Shown: positions 39,659 through 48,993 of the stretch, in pieces | How positions within the stretch are numbered: position 1 is the stretch's first letter | How the letters are laid out: each line of letters starts with the position of its first letter | From: an uncultured Oligoflexus sp. | GTDB taxonomy: Bacteria; Bdellovibrionota_B; Oligoflexia; Oligoflexales; Oligoflexaceae | Reading direction: 5' to 3' | Assembly (NCBI GenBank): GCA_964236955.1 | Contig: CAXSGP010000002.1 | Span: 56,038-120,037 of the forward strand | DNA: 64,000 nucleotides | Translations under genes and position numbers: made by a program | The notes under the pieces: model-generated | Databases searched by the model: none | The model's input: the letters and a program-made list of their open reading frames with translations, nothing else | What the model was told of the DNA's origin: nothing

Positions 39659-40828
39659 TCAAAGCGTGGCGCGCTCCGAGCGTTCTGCCTTAAAAGGACT
39701 GGTCATCGTCCGCATTTCGCTGAAAAGCGCCGTTTTCTCTTCCTTTACAAAGGCTTCGATGGGCCTTGCAAAGCGACTGTCAAAAATCTTGTGAGCGCTG
39801 TAGGTAAGCGAGGGTAAAAAGCCACGCTGAATCTTGTGCTCACCTTGGGCGCCAGCCTCAAAGGTGACGATGCCGTTCTGGAGAGCATAGTCGATGGTTT
39901 GATAGTAGCAAAGCTCAAAATGGAGGTCCTGGTAGGGCACGAGACTCCCCCAATAGCGGCCATAAAGTTTGCTGCCCTTTTTGAAGTTCAAGGCTCCTGC
40001 TATCGCTCCCTTGTTATCAGAGGCCAAAACCAAGACGATCCGGTCGGCCATCGTCGCAAAAACCTGTTCAAAAAAACCCGGCTGCAGGTAAGCGACAGCG
40101 TTCTTCTTATCGGTAGTGGTTTGATAGAGACTTTCCATGATCGCCGCATGCTCGACCCCTAAATTGGCGCCACTCAAACATTCGACCTTAAGTCCATGAG
40201 ACTGGGACCGCAGCCGCTCTCTGGTGATATCGCGCCGACGCTTGCCGATCAGACTGTCGAGGAAGTCCTGAAAATCCCGGTAATTTTGATTGCGCCAGTG
40301 GTACTGCATCGAATGCCGAACCGTGCAGCCTTCCGCCTCAAACAAAGGTGCTTCGTCGGCTTCAATAAACAAAGCGTGAAAGGAACTCAGACCACTGCTT
40401 TTGGAAATTTCCAAGGCCGCTCGGATTAAGGTCGACCGCACCAGCGTCGGGTCAGCATTCTTAGCAACGAGGATGCGTGGACCGGTGGCGGGCGTAAAAG
40501 GTACTGCCGTTAGGAGTTTGGGATAATAGGCCACACCATGGGCCTGATAAAAGTTCGCCCATTGCCAGTCAAAGATATATTCGCCATAGCTATGCTGCTT
40601 AACGAAGGCATAGATCAGGCCGAGTAGGTTTCTATCGGCGTCTTCGGCCGTGATGTAGAGGGGCTGCCAGCCGCTGCCGCCGCTGGTGTCATTGCCAGCG
40701 CCTATACTTCCCGAGTCTTCCAGTGCCGCAAAGAATTCATAATCGTTAAAAGGAAAATCCGCGGATTCCAGCCCCCGCCAGGCTTCGACCCCGATTTCAC
40801 GAACTGACCTCAAGATGTTTAGCTTCAT
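39659..40828 (-). CDS. FemAB-like GNAT protein (DUF482 family)
   Basis: HSYGEYIFDWQWA, YYPKL..VPFTPATGPR, LYGRYWG, LHFELCYY, EAGAQGEHK. Confidence 0.9.
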   Translation of the reverse strand: MKLNILRSVREIGVEAWRGLESADFPFNDYEFFAALEDSGSIGAGNDTSGGSGWQPLYITAEDADRNLLGLIYAFVKQHSYGEYIFDWQWANFYQAHGVAYYPKLLTAVPFTPATGPRILVAKNADPTLVRSTLIRAALEISKSSGLSSFHALFIEADEAPLFEAEGCTVRHSMQYHWRNQNYRDFQDFLDSLIGKRRRDITRERLRSQSHGLKVECLSGANLGVEHAAIMESLYQTTTDKKNAVAYLQPGFFEQVFATMADRIVLVLASDNKGAIAGALNFKKGSKLYGRYWGSLVPYQDLHFELCYYQTIDYALQNGIVTFEAGAQGEHKIQRGFLPSLTYSAHKIFDSRFARPIEAFVKEEKTALFSEMRTMTSPFKAERSERATL

Positions 40829-40889
40829 GCCTGATCTCCTTTGGCGCTGAAAAGGCACTTTACGCCCGCCTCAAGCGAAAGCCAAGACC

Positions 40890-41645
40890 TTAGCCGCCAA
40901 GGCTTTTTGAGCCAAAGCCCATGTACCCGAGATGAAGATCTGAGGTGAAGGTGAAATCAAATTCTTTGTGAACCTTTCTGCGCAATATCGAAGCCAGAAA
41001 AGGCCAATGGAGAATTTTAGGCCTTAAACCGCGAAATTCTTGAACTCGAAGTTTCGCGGCCACGGCCATCGCTTCCAGTTCCTTAGGCTTAATGAACAGG
41101 CGCAGGAGATGAAAATTCTTGGGACAATCCCTCGCGATAAATTCGACCGCTTTCACAGCCAACAGGCCCGCGAGGAAGGTCCGATTAAAGGTATAAAATA
41201 CCAGCACGCCGCCCGGCTTGAGAACCCGTGCGGCTTCCTTGATCGCCTGGCCTGGCTCTTCCACGTGCTCAAGAAAATCAAGGAGCAAGACGGCATCGAA
41301 GGAGGCATCGGGGTAGGCAAGGGCATAGGCATCACCTGAGGTATAGTGAACATTAGCACCCGGCGGAGCATGCCGGGCCGCAACAGCGATCGAACGCGAG
41401 GATTGATCCATGCCATGAATTTCAAGGCCATCGCTGGCCAGAAGATTGGAAATAAACCCCGCGCCGCAGCCTATATCGAGGACCTTGGCTTTGCCGGTCA
41501 CTCCTTCACGCGCGAAAACCTCCCGCACGTAGACGGCCTTCACCCTTGATTCAGCCCGTAGTAAGGCGATGATATGCCCATCGTCGTTATACCAACGCTC
41601 ATCGAGTTCATCATAGAATTGATTATTGATGAGAACTTCGGCCAT
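40890..41645 (-). CDS. UbiG-like SAM-dependent O-methyltransferase
   Basis: NNQFYDELDERW, VLDIGCGAG, FLEHV, LKPGG, TFNRT, FIKPKEL; start overlaps the upstream gene. Confidence 0.85.
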   Translation of the reverse strand: MAEVLINNQFYDELDERWYNDDGHIIALLRAESRVKAVYVREVFAREGVTGKAKVLDIGCGAGFISNLLASDGLEIHGMDQSSRSIAVAARHAPPGANVHYTSGDAYALAYPDASFDAVLLLDFLEHVEEPGQAIKEAARVLKPGGVLVFYTFNRTFLAGLLAVKAVEFIARDCPKNFHLLRLFIKPKELEAMAVAAKLRVQEFRGLRPKILHWPFLASILRRKVHKEFDFTFTSDLHLGYMGFGSKSLGG

Positions 41646-42084
41646 AATAAATATTCCAATAGAGGTGTTGATAGATTCCCCAGGCAAAAACGCTGGCAGC
41701 CAGCGCCTTGAGTTCCCAAGCCCATGGCTCTAGAAACCACAGCACTCCCACCACGACCAACAAAGCCCCATGCAGGATAAAAAGCATGGCGTGGCACCAA
41801 TGCTCAATCGGCTCACAGGCTTCGGTATGAATCCATTCGTCTTTGGTAACCAAAAGGCAAGAGGCTATGGCCAGGCCCGTAAAGCTTAGAAGCGCGGCTT
41901 GGGTTGGAGTCCAAAATGCAGGTACGGAAAGGGCGGTGCAAAACAGGGCGGTATCGGCCACGTGCCCCCAACGCTCAAAGGTCTCAAGACCACGCCGGCG
42001 GTGGAAGACTGCCTCATCGACAAACATAAGCAGCGCCTGCGTTGCCGCCAGGAACATAAGGAGAAGATGCAGCGAAAAAGCCAT
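41623..42084 (-). CDS. Uncharacterised His/Glu-rich integral membrane protein in type III PKS cluster
   Basis: 4-5 TM helices; motifs DEAVFH..ERWGH and DEWIH..EHWCH; 4 nt from the PKS stop. Confidence 0.75.
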   Translation of the reverse strand: MAFSLHLLLMFLAATQALLMFVDEAVFHRRRGLETFERWGHVADTALFCTALSVPAFWTPTQAALLSFTGLAIASCLLVTKDEWIHTEACEPIEHWCHAMLFILHGALLVVVGVLWFLEPWAWELKALAASVFAWGIYQHLYWNIYYGRSSHQ

Positions 42085-42088
42085 GCGC

Positions 42089-43255
42089 TCAAACCTTTTG
42101 CAGGATATTCATCGTCACGGTGAGACCGGGACCAAAAGCCATGGACACTATAATTTCGCCCGCTTTAACATCGCTATCTTCTTGCATGGCAAGCCAGACA
42201 TGAGGCAGTGTCGCCGAAGACATATTGCCAAATTTCGCCAGCACGGCCTTGCTGTGCTTGACTGAATCGTCGGTAAGACCCAATTCCTCTTGAATCGATT
42301 CAACGATTCGTGGCCCCCCCGGATGGATGGCAAAGCGGGAAATGCTATCGCGCGACAGCAATTGAGCGTCGATAAAATCACTCAAATGCTGCCCGATCAC
42401 CGTGTTGAGCTTGGTCACAACTTTACGGCTCAGGGTCATATGAAAACGAGAATCCTGAAGATCCCAGCTCATATACTCAGCGCTATCGGGAACCAGCGCC
42501 TCATAGTGGGCGATAAAGGCCAGACTCCCGCGTTTGGCCTGGCGTCCGATATTGATGCGGGCGCAGCCATCGGCAAATAAGACATTGCTGACGATCTGAT
42601 CGGGATCTTTAGCCATAGGATCCAAATGCAGACTGCACAGTTCGGTGCTAAGGACACTTACCGTAGCCTCAGGCGCCACATTTTGCGCCATCTGCACAGC
42701 CATATGTACTCCAGGCACCGATGCGTAGCAACCCATGTGGCCAATTTTTAAAAGTCTGGACTGCTTTTCCCAGCCATATTCCAGCACCATGCCCTGCAGG
42801 GGAAAGGGCGCCCGGTAGCCCGTGCAGGAGATGTCTATGATATAAGCCGGTGCCTCTTCACTGGGATCGAAAGCCTCGCGTGCCATGGAATTGGCAGCCT
42901 CGACATAAATATTCATGCGATCCTGCAAGGGCGGTGCAGAGCGTGGCGCAAGCGACCCATCCGAACGCACGGAGGGCTTAAATAGGCGCATATTCTCCCA
43001 ATCATTATGGGTATAATCGACTAGAACCGACCCACGGGATTTAATGCTGTCATTACTCAAAAGGCGCTCGTAGAGATTTAAGGCTCTTGAAACACTTTCG
43101 CCATTGGCTTCAGCGTTTTTTTGCAGGGCTTTCATGAGCCAGGCTATCGTTTCGCTTTGAGGCAGGCGATAGGGGGCCGAAATGCTCTGGATTTTATGGA
43201 TAAAGGCGAGAGGTTTTAGCAGAGCCATGATGTGTTCCTCTGGATCGAATGTCAT
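42089..43255 (-). CDS. Type III polyketide synthase (chalcone/stilbene synthase family)
   Basis: Catalytic Cys-His-Asn triad (HMGCYA, IHPGG, GNMSSAT), SCTG, ELCSLH, LFADG, AFGPGLT. Confidence 0.93.
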   Translation of the reverse strand: MTFDPEEHIMALLKPLAFIHKIQSISAPYRLPQSETIAWLMKALQKNAEANGESVSRALNLYERLLSNDSIKSRGSVLVDYTHNDWENMRLFKPSVRSDGSLAPRSAPPLQDRMNIYVEAANSMAREAFDPSEEAPAYIIDISCTGYRAPFPLQGMVLEYGWEKQSRLLKIGHMGCYASVPGVHMAVQMAQNVAPEATVSVLSTELCSLHLDPMAKDPDQIVSNVLFADGCARINIGRQAKRGSLAFIAHYEALVPDSAEYMSWDLQDSRFHMTLSRKVVTKLNTVIGQHLSDFIDAQLLSRDSISRFAIHPGGPRIVESIQEELGLTDDSVKHSKAVLAKFGNMSSATLPHVWLAMQEDSDVKAGEIIVSMAFGPGLTVTMNILQKV

Positions 43256-43560
43256 TCGACTTTACCTTAAGGAAAGCACGAAGAATAGAAAAGGCAAATT
43301 TCCGGGGAGGATCGCGGCCGTTTCTAAAACTCACTTGATACCAGCGACTTCCCCTGCGTTTACGCAAAAGTCTTAGGCTTCAGAGCACGCTTGTTATCAT
43401 CATTATGGGGAAAACTGCCGCTCATGACATGAGGAGCGCCTAAGAATACAGAGTGGGTGAGGAAAGGATTCCATCCATATGCTTTTGCATGGGATGAATT
43501 TGCAGCCTTCCCTTCATCCCGAAGCCAATAATAACGAAGGTCCAGCCCTTTCTTTTAGCA

Positions 43561-44421
43561 TTACCGGGTAGCGTTCAAAGGTTGACTATTGTCTCCCACA
43601 TGACAGCCTAACAGCGTGCCTGAGGAAAAGCCCTGCTCAAACGAGGCCATTCGTTGAGCCGATGATCCATGCGTAAAAGAATCAGGGACGACCGAGCGTC
43701 CACTGGCTTTTTGCAGCCTGTCATCCCCGACCGCCGAGGCTGCATTCATAGCTTCCTCAACATCACCTTCTTCGAGAGAATGATTGATCTGATTGGTGGA
43801 CTTGGCCCAAACGCCTGCCAGACAATCGGCCTGCAATTCAACTTTAACCGATTCCTGGTTGAAATCTTTTTCACTTAAGCGCGCGCGGTTTTGTTGCATC
43901 CTCTCCGATATGCCATAAAGATTTTGCACATGATGTCCAACCTCATGCGCCACGACATAGGCCTGGGCAAAATCTCCTTTGGCACCCAGTCTATCCGCCA
44001 ATTCCTTAAAAAAACTGAGATCCAGATAAACCTTTCGATCAGCAGGACAGTAAAAAGGTCCTACGGCGCTCCCTGCAGTCCCACAGGCCGTCTGCACACG
44101 ATCGGAGAAGAGCACCAGGCGAGGCACGACATAGGAATTGCCCTGCTCGGCAAAGATTTTGGTCCAGACGTCTTCGGTATCAGCCAGGACCACCTTCATA
44201 AATTTCGAACCTTCATCGTCCTGCGCGGGCTGTTGCACTGAACTGCTCGGCTGCGGACTATTGCTCTGCTGCGGGATATTATTGAGAATGACATTGGGAT
44301 CGCCACCCAGCAGGGCATAGATAATTGCCAGAATGATCGTGCCACCGCCGATCGCGCCGGCGGTCTTCATGCCTCGTCGGTCTTCAACGTTGCTGCTTTC
44401 TCTGCGTCCACGCCATTCCAT
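43561..44421 (-). CDS. Neutral zinc metallopeptidase (YpfJ family)
   Basis: MEWRGRRESSNVEDRRG, GPFYCP, HEVGHHVQ, ELQADC, DSFTHGS. Confidence 0.93.
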   Translation of the reverse strand: MEWRGRRESSNVEDRRGMKTAGAIGGGTIILAIIYALLGGDPNVILNNIPQQSNSPQPSSSVQQPAQDDEGSKFMKVVLADTEDVWTKIFAEQGNSYVVPRLVLFSDRVQTACGTAGSAVGPFYCPADRKVYLDLSFFKELADRLGAKGDFAQAYVVAHEVGHHVQNLYGISERMQQNRARLSEKDFNQESVKVELQADCLAGVWAKSTNQINHSLEEGDVEEAMNAASAVGDDRLQKASGRSVVPDSFTHGSSAQRMASFEQGFSSGTLLGCHVGDNSQPLNATR

Positions 44422-44464
44422 AAGTAACCCCTTCGCATAACTAAAATTTCACCCTTAGACCTTT

Positions 44465-44481
44465 AGCAAAAAACGCGCCAG
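44465..44481 (-). promoter_or_regulatory. Sigma-54 (-24/-12) promoter
   Basis: Minus strand reads CTGGCGCG-TTTT-TTGCT, 44 nt upstream of the peptidase ATG. Confidence 0.7.
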
Positions 44482-44870
44482 ATATAGGGACTTTGATTTT
44501 CACGGCCCGCAGAAAACTCAGACAAAAGAGGACTTCCTTTTATTTTGATAGCTTAGGGCGGCCCGCCGGCTCCGCTCTGGCGACCCCTACTCTTTCCGGA
44601 CATACCCTTGATGGCCTTCGGCAGCCAGAGGCTTAGGTATGCCACTAAAGTTTTATCAAAACCGCTTCAGTCGGCCCATGGCCACTGCTGCAGTGAAGAT
44701 GTCAGGCTTTAGCTCCTGAGCCCTCAGAAGGCAGGCCTATGCCGGCATCAGCCTGATCCGCTATTGATAGAGTCACGGGCCCTGTGGGATAAATAAGGGC
44801 AGGGACCCTCTGATCCGTCCCGATTATCCAGCAGCTTGCCTTTTTATGGCGAAGAGAAAGAAGGATTTGC

Positions 44871-45356
44871 GTGAAATGGGATAAAAGAAAGCTGCATAAC
44901 CTACTTCTCGAAACATTAAAATTCGAACTTCATGCTACCCTATCCGCTGCGGAAACCGCCAAAGAAGGTGCCACCCATGAGGATGCTGTCGCAAAAAGCA
45001 AGTACGACACGCATGGTCTTGAGCTTTCCTATCTAGCAGGCTCCCAGTTTGAACGAGCCCGCCTGGTCGAAGCCAAAATCGCCATTCTCGAAAACAGCCT
45101 CTTCAGCGACTTTAGCGAAATTGATCCCATCGATGTGGGCGCATTGGTCGTTCTCAGCGGTAAATCCCCAAGACCCCAGGCCTATCTCATCTCCAATATC
45201 GGCGCGGGCCTCGACCTCAATTTTCAGAATGAAAAAATCGTGGTCATCTCTCCTGAATCTCCCCTAGGCGAGGCGCTGATCGGCCTGTCTCAAGGCGATA
45301 CCATCGATTCCAAAGATCGCCAGAAAAATTCCTATGAAATTTTAGCTGTGTTTTGA
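44871..45356 (+). CDS. GreA/GreB-family elongation factor-like protein
   Basis: ATHE...SKYDTHGLELSYLA, GALVVL, VISPESPLGEALIG. Confidence 0.82.
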   Translation: MKWDKRKLHNLLLETLKFELHATLSAAETAKEGATHEDAVAKSKYDTHGLELSYLAGSQFERARLVEAKIAILENSLFSDFSEIDPIDVGALVVLSGKSPRPQAYLISNIGAGLDLNFQNEKIVVISPESPLGEALIGLSQGDTIDSKDRQKNSYEILAVF

Positions 45357-45508
45357 TAGGCCAGACAGCGAAACGTCAACAGCCAGGAGCACTACGATCT
45401 CTTTACCGGCGCTCGCATAGCCAATCATAAGCCTCGATTTTGGGCAGCCCTATGCCGAGCCATCCGTCTTTCAGCCAACGCCATAAGGCCGCTTTAAAGG
45501 CGTTTGAC

Positions 45509-45535
45509 AAAAAAAGCAGCTCCGATCGGAGCTGC
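45509..45535 (-). terminator. Intrinsic terminator of the cytochrome c gene
   Basis: Palindrome GCAGCTCCGATCGGAGCTGC followed by T7 on the minus strand. Confidence 0.7.
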
Positions 45536-45580
45536 CAGGAACGCTGAATTCCAAGTGCAGCATTTTTTTTGCATCAGGGA

Positions 45581-46222
45581 TTAGCGGGCCACTGTTTCCG
45601 GCGCGTCAGCATCAAGCCAAGCTTTAAGAAGGTTTTTGTCCGTATCGGTCAAGGGCTTGTTGGGAGGCATGGTGCCCGTGACAAGCACAGCCTTACGAAT
45701 TTTAGCCAACGAAAGTTTGCTGGCTGCATAAGAATCGAGGACGACGCCACCGGCAGCACGGGCGGCCTTGTGGCAAGGAAGACAGTTGGTCTTAAATATT
45801 TTTTCATTTACATTCGCCCAGTCGATAACAGGTTCTGCTGGGGCTGGTACTGGGGCTGTAATGACGATAGGTTCCACAGGTGCAGGACTGGGCGTCGGGA
45901 TCACAACGGGTTCAGTGGGGCTTGGCGTCGGAACAATTGCCGGAAGGCTAGGAATGCCTTCGACTGGGGGGGCAGCACCCGCAGCATCGGGAGCTGCTAC
46001 GGGAGGGGTTTCGACCAGCGTTGCTGGGACTGTAACGACGGGATCTTTTTCTTTTTCAGCACGGGTGCCTGAAGGAGCTTCGCTATGGGCATTGGCGGCT
46101 GCGTCGGGCCGGTCAGGAGCCGGGTTATTTTCGGTGTCGGGACGACTTCCACAACTGAAACAAAGAGTCATGACTAGGGATGCGAACAAAAGATAGTTTT
46201 GTTTATTGACGCTCTTGATCAT
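45581..46222 (-). CDS. Lipoprotein monoheme cytochrome c with Pro/Ala-rich linker
   Basis: Lipobox-like LCFSC, about 100-aa Pro-rich tether, CLPCH heme motif, TMPP putative axial Met. Confidence 0.8.
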   Translation of the reverse strand: MIKSVNKQNYLLFASLVMTLCFSCGSRPDTENNPAPDRPDAAANAHSEAPSGTRAEKEKDPVVTVPATLVETPPVAAPDAAGAAPPVEGIPSLPAIVPTPSPTEPVVIPTPSPAPVEPIVITAPVPAPAEPVIDWANVNEKIFKTNCLPCHKAARAAGGVVLDSYAASKLSLAKIRKAVLVTGTMPPNKPLTDTDKNLLKAWLDADAPETVAR

Positions 46223-46538
46223 AAGTTCACCTCTTCTGAAACTGGCTTAAGGTGGATTCTTGACCCACTGATATTGACACAAGCGATAGCACCAAGCTTT
46301 TGCAAAAGCATCTTAAAAGCCTCTGCTATTACAATTATTGAATCCCCAAAGCACCAGCGGGAATCCTTTTGCCGAAAAGTCGCCAAGGTCCAGGACCGGA
46401 TGCCGCCGCTTGGAAGACTGGCTTAAGCCACTAGAACCTTTGATTTTTCTTTCTCTTGGGTTCAGCTCGGTATGGGGCGTATGATCCCTTTGAGATCGAG
46501 TGCGTTAGCTGGTGCCTTGGCGCCCTGGACTTAATAGG

Positions 46539-46953
46539 CTGAATGTTGAAATAAGGCCGGATATCTTGGGCTTCTTGTGTAACATTGGAAAACGCAATTT
46601 TGAACAAGCTCTTCAGCCGCTGCCGCATCCTCTTTCGATGCGTTGGAAAAGCTGGAAGCTTCAAAAAGGCGCTGCCAAATTTACAGTCATGAGCGGGCAA
46701 ATCCACGGTTACAAAACTGGGTCAAAAGCCTGGGATGTCGTGAGATCGGCCTTGAAAGTGGCGCCTTTCGCCTTATGCTTACTCAATATGATAGGGCCGA
46801 GTTGCGGGCGGACGAGCAGCAGGCATCGAAGATCAAAATTTCAGGGTTGCCTTTCTTTTTAATCAATCAACGCTATGCATCCCGGGAGCTCAACGGGTGG
46901 AGCTTTTTGCCGGGACTTTGCATAAAGCATGGACCGAGGAACATAGCAAATGA
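46539..46953 (+). pseudogene. Decayed FrnE/DsbA-family oxidoreductase
   Basis: Frameshifted segments LNVEIRPDILGFLCNIGKRNFEQAL, RADEQQASKIKISGLPFFLINQRYA and GAQRVELFAGTLHKAW match the FrnE N-terminus and C-terminus; CxxC lost, middle shortened. Confidence 0.72.
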
Positions 46954-48731
46954 TGGTGCAGGAACGCGTAAAAAATCTCCAGAGTCTGTTGCGAAGCCAT
47001 AAACTTTCGGCTTATGTCGTACCCAGTTCCGATCCGCATCAAAGTGAATACGTAGCTCCCAAATGGGGCCGCCGCGAATTCATAAGCGGCTTCACGGGGT
47101 CGGCAGGGCTCTTCGCAGCGAGCCTGGACTCGGCAGGACTTTGGACTGACGGCCGTTACTTCGAACAGGCCGAGGTGGAGCTTTTGGGCTCATCGATAGC
47201 CCTCTTTCGTCAGGGTCAAAGCGGGGTTCCGGAATGGCAGGATTGGATGATAAGCACCCTTCAAAAAGGCAGTCGGGTTGGCATCAACCCTGAGCTTTTT
47301 TCCGCACAGGCCTATCAAAAGATTGCGAGCCAATTTTCCAAAGCCGGACTTGAACTCGTGCCTCAGAAGGATGACCTGGTCGATAGCATTTGGGCCAAAG
47401 ACCGACCGGAACTGCCGAGCGAAAAACTCTACGCCCATCCTTTGGCTTTTGCTGGCGAGGATCATCTATCCAAACTTAAAAGACTTCGCGATCGGTTAAA
47501 AGACGCCTCGGCTCAATGCCTTATTATTTCCGCTCTGGATGAAATCGCCTGGCTTTTTAATCTCCGTGGCCGCGACGTGCCTTGCAATCCTGTGTTCTAT
47601 GCGTATGCCCTAGTGAGCGCAGACAAGGCTGTTCTTTTCACGGAAGCTTCCAAACTTGATGCCGACCTTCAGAAGATCCTGGGACCCTCCGTTACTATCG
47701 AAGCCTATGAGACGTTCGCGCCCTCGCTTGAAAGCGTGGCCGGCCCGGTATGGCTGGATCCTTCCACGACCAGTGCCGCGGTTGAAGGGGCTTTAAAGAA
47801 CAAGGGCGTCGTGATCTTAAATCAGGAATCGCCTATTCCCGGCTGGAAGGCGGTGAAAAATAAAGCTGAGATTGCCGGGATGGAAGCGGCTCATGTCCGG
47901 GACGGTGTAGCGATGGTCCGCTTCAGTCGCTGGTTGAAGACGACGATAGGCAAAGAGGCGCTCGATGAAATCAAGGTTGCTGATAAGCTCGAATCCTTCC
48001 GAGCGATGGCCAAGGAATATAAGGGCCCGAGTTTTGCCACGATCTCGGGCTACGGTCCTCATGGGGCATTACCCCATTACCGGGCCTCGGGAGCTAGCAA
48101 TTCCCCACTTAAAGCCGAAGGGATTTTTCTGCTGGATTCAGGAGCCCAGTATGACGATGGCACGACGGATATCACCCGCACCTTTGCTCTAGGCAAGCCG
48201 ACCGATCGGCACAAATTTATTTATACGACTGTGCTCAAGGCCCATCTTCTCCTGGCCCGCACTCTTTTTCCCAAAGGGGTGAATGGTTATCAGCTTGATG
48301 CGATTGCGAGACAGCCGCTATGGAAGGAGGCGCTGGACTATAATCATGGCACAGGTCATGGTGTGGGGGCCGCATTGTGTGTGCACGAAGGGCCGTTCAG
48401 TGTATCCAAACGCATGAATATGACTCCCCTTGATGTGGGCAATGTCCTATCGAATGAACCTGCCTGTTATATCCCCGGTGATTTCGGGGTTAGGGTTGAG
48501 AATTTAGTTAAGGTCGTTGTGAAGAACGAAGGGGGAATCAATGGCGCTTACCTTGGTTTTGAAGATTTAACCCTTTGTCCTCATGAACGGGATTTGATCG
48601 ATAAGAATCTATTGAGTGTCGAGGATCGCCTCCAGGTTGATCAGTATCATGCCCGGGTTTTGAATGAGATCGGCCCCTTACTGGGCGATCAGGACAGGGC
48701 TTACCTAGTCGAGCAGACGAAGGCGCTTTGA
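46950..48731 (+). CDS. Aminopeptidase P family protein (M24B, long form)
   Basis: DPHQSEY, GFTGSAG, WTDGRYF, DSGAQYDDGTTDITRT, HGTGHGVG, SNEP, GVRVE. Confidence 0.93.
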   Translation: MMVQERVKNLQSLLRSHKLSAYVVPSSDPHQSEYVAPKWGRREFISGFTGSAGLFAASLDSAGLWTDGRYFEQAEVELLGSSIALFRQGQSGVPEWQDWMISTLQKGSRVGINPELFSAQAYQKIASQFSKAGLELVPQKDDLVDSIWAKDRPELPSEKLYAHPLAFAGEDHLSKLKRLRDRLKDASAQCLIISALDEIAWLFNLRGRDVPCNPVFYAYALVSADKAVLFTEASKLDADLQKILGPSVTIEAYETFAPSLESVAGPVWLDPSTTSAAVEGALKNKGVVILNQESPIPGWKAVKNKAEIAGMEAAHVRDGVAMVRFSRWLKTTIGKEALDEIKVADKLESFRAMAKEYKGPSFATISGYGPHGALPHYRASGASNSPLKAEGIFLLDSGAQYDDGTTDITRTFALGKPTDRHKFIYTTVLKAHLLLARTLFPKGVNGYQLDAIARQPLWKEALDYNHGTGHGVGAALCVHEGPFSVSKRMNMTPLDVGNVLSNEPACYIPGDFGVRVENLVKVVVKNEGGINGAYLGFEDLTLCPHERDLIDKNLLSVEDRLQVDQYHARVLNEIGPLLGDQDRAYLVEQTKAL

Positions 48732-48929
48732 ACGGAACGAATGATTGGGGCCCATGCGGGCCTGAACTCTCGTCCTGTCTCAACTTTTTCCCATTGAAAC
48801 TCGTGGGGCAGGAACCGCTCTTTTCATGAAAGAATCGGGATTGGACTGATTTCCAAAATCATTAATCCCGCTGCCGGGCCTGGATTTTATCAGTCATTTC
48901 AAAGAATTGATTATACAGGAAAAGATCCT

Positions 48930-48957
48930 TAAAGTTTGCCTTAGCTTAAGCCGATAA
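48930..48957 (+). promoter_or_regulatory. Sigma-28 (FliA)-type promoter
   Basis: TAAAGTTT-N12-GCCGATAA, 36 nt upstream of ATG 48994. Confidence 0.72.
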
Positions 48958-48993
48958 GGGGGGGTATATCGCTATAACTAGAGGTAATCCCAA

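Noticed and set aside
44540..44860. GC-rich intergenic region with small hairpins and CTGAG/CCTGAT words suggestive of a TPP riboswitch
   Set aside because: Conserved elements are out of order or incomplete, and the downstream gene is unrelated to thiamine
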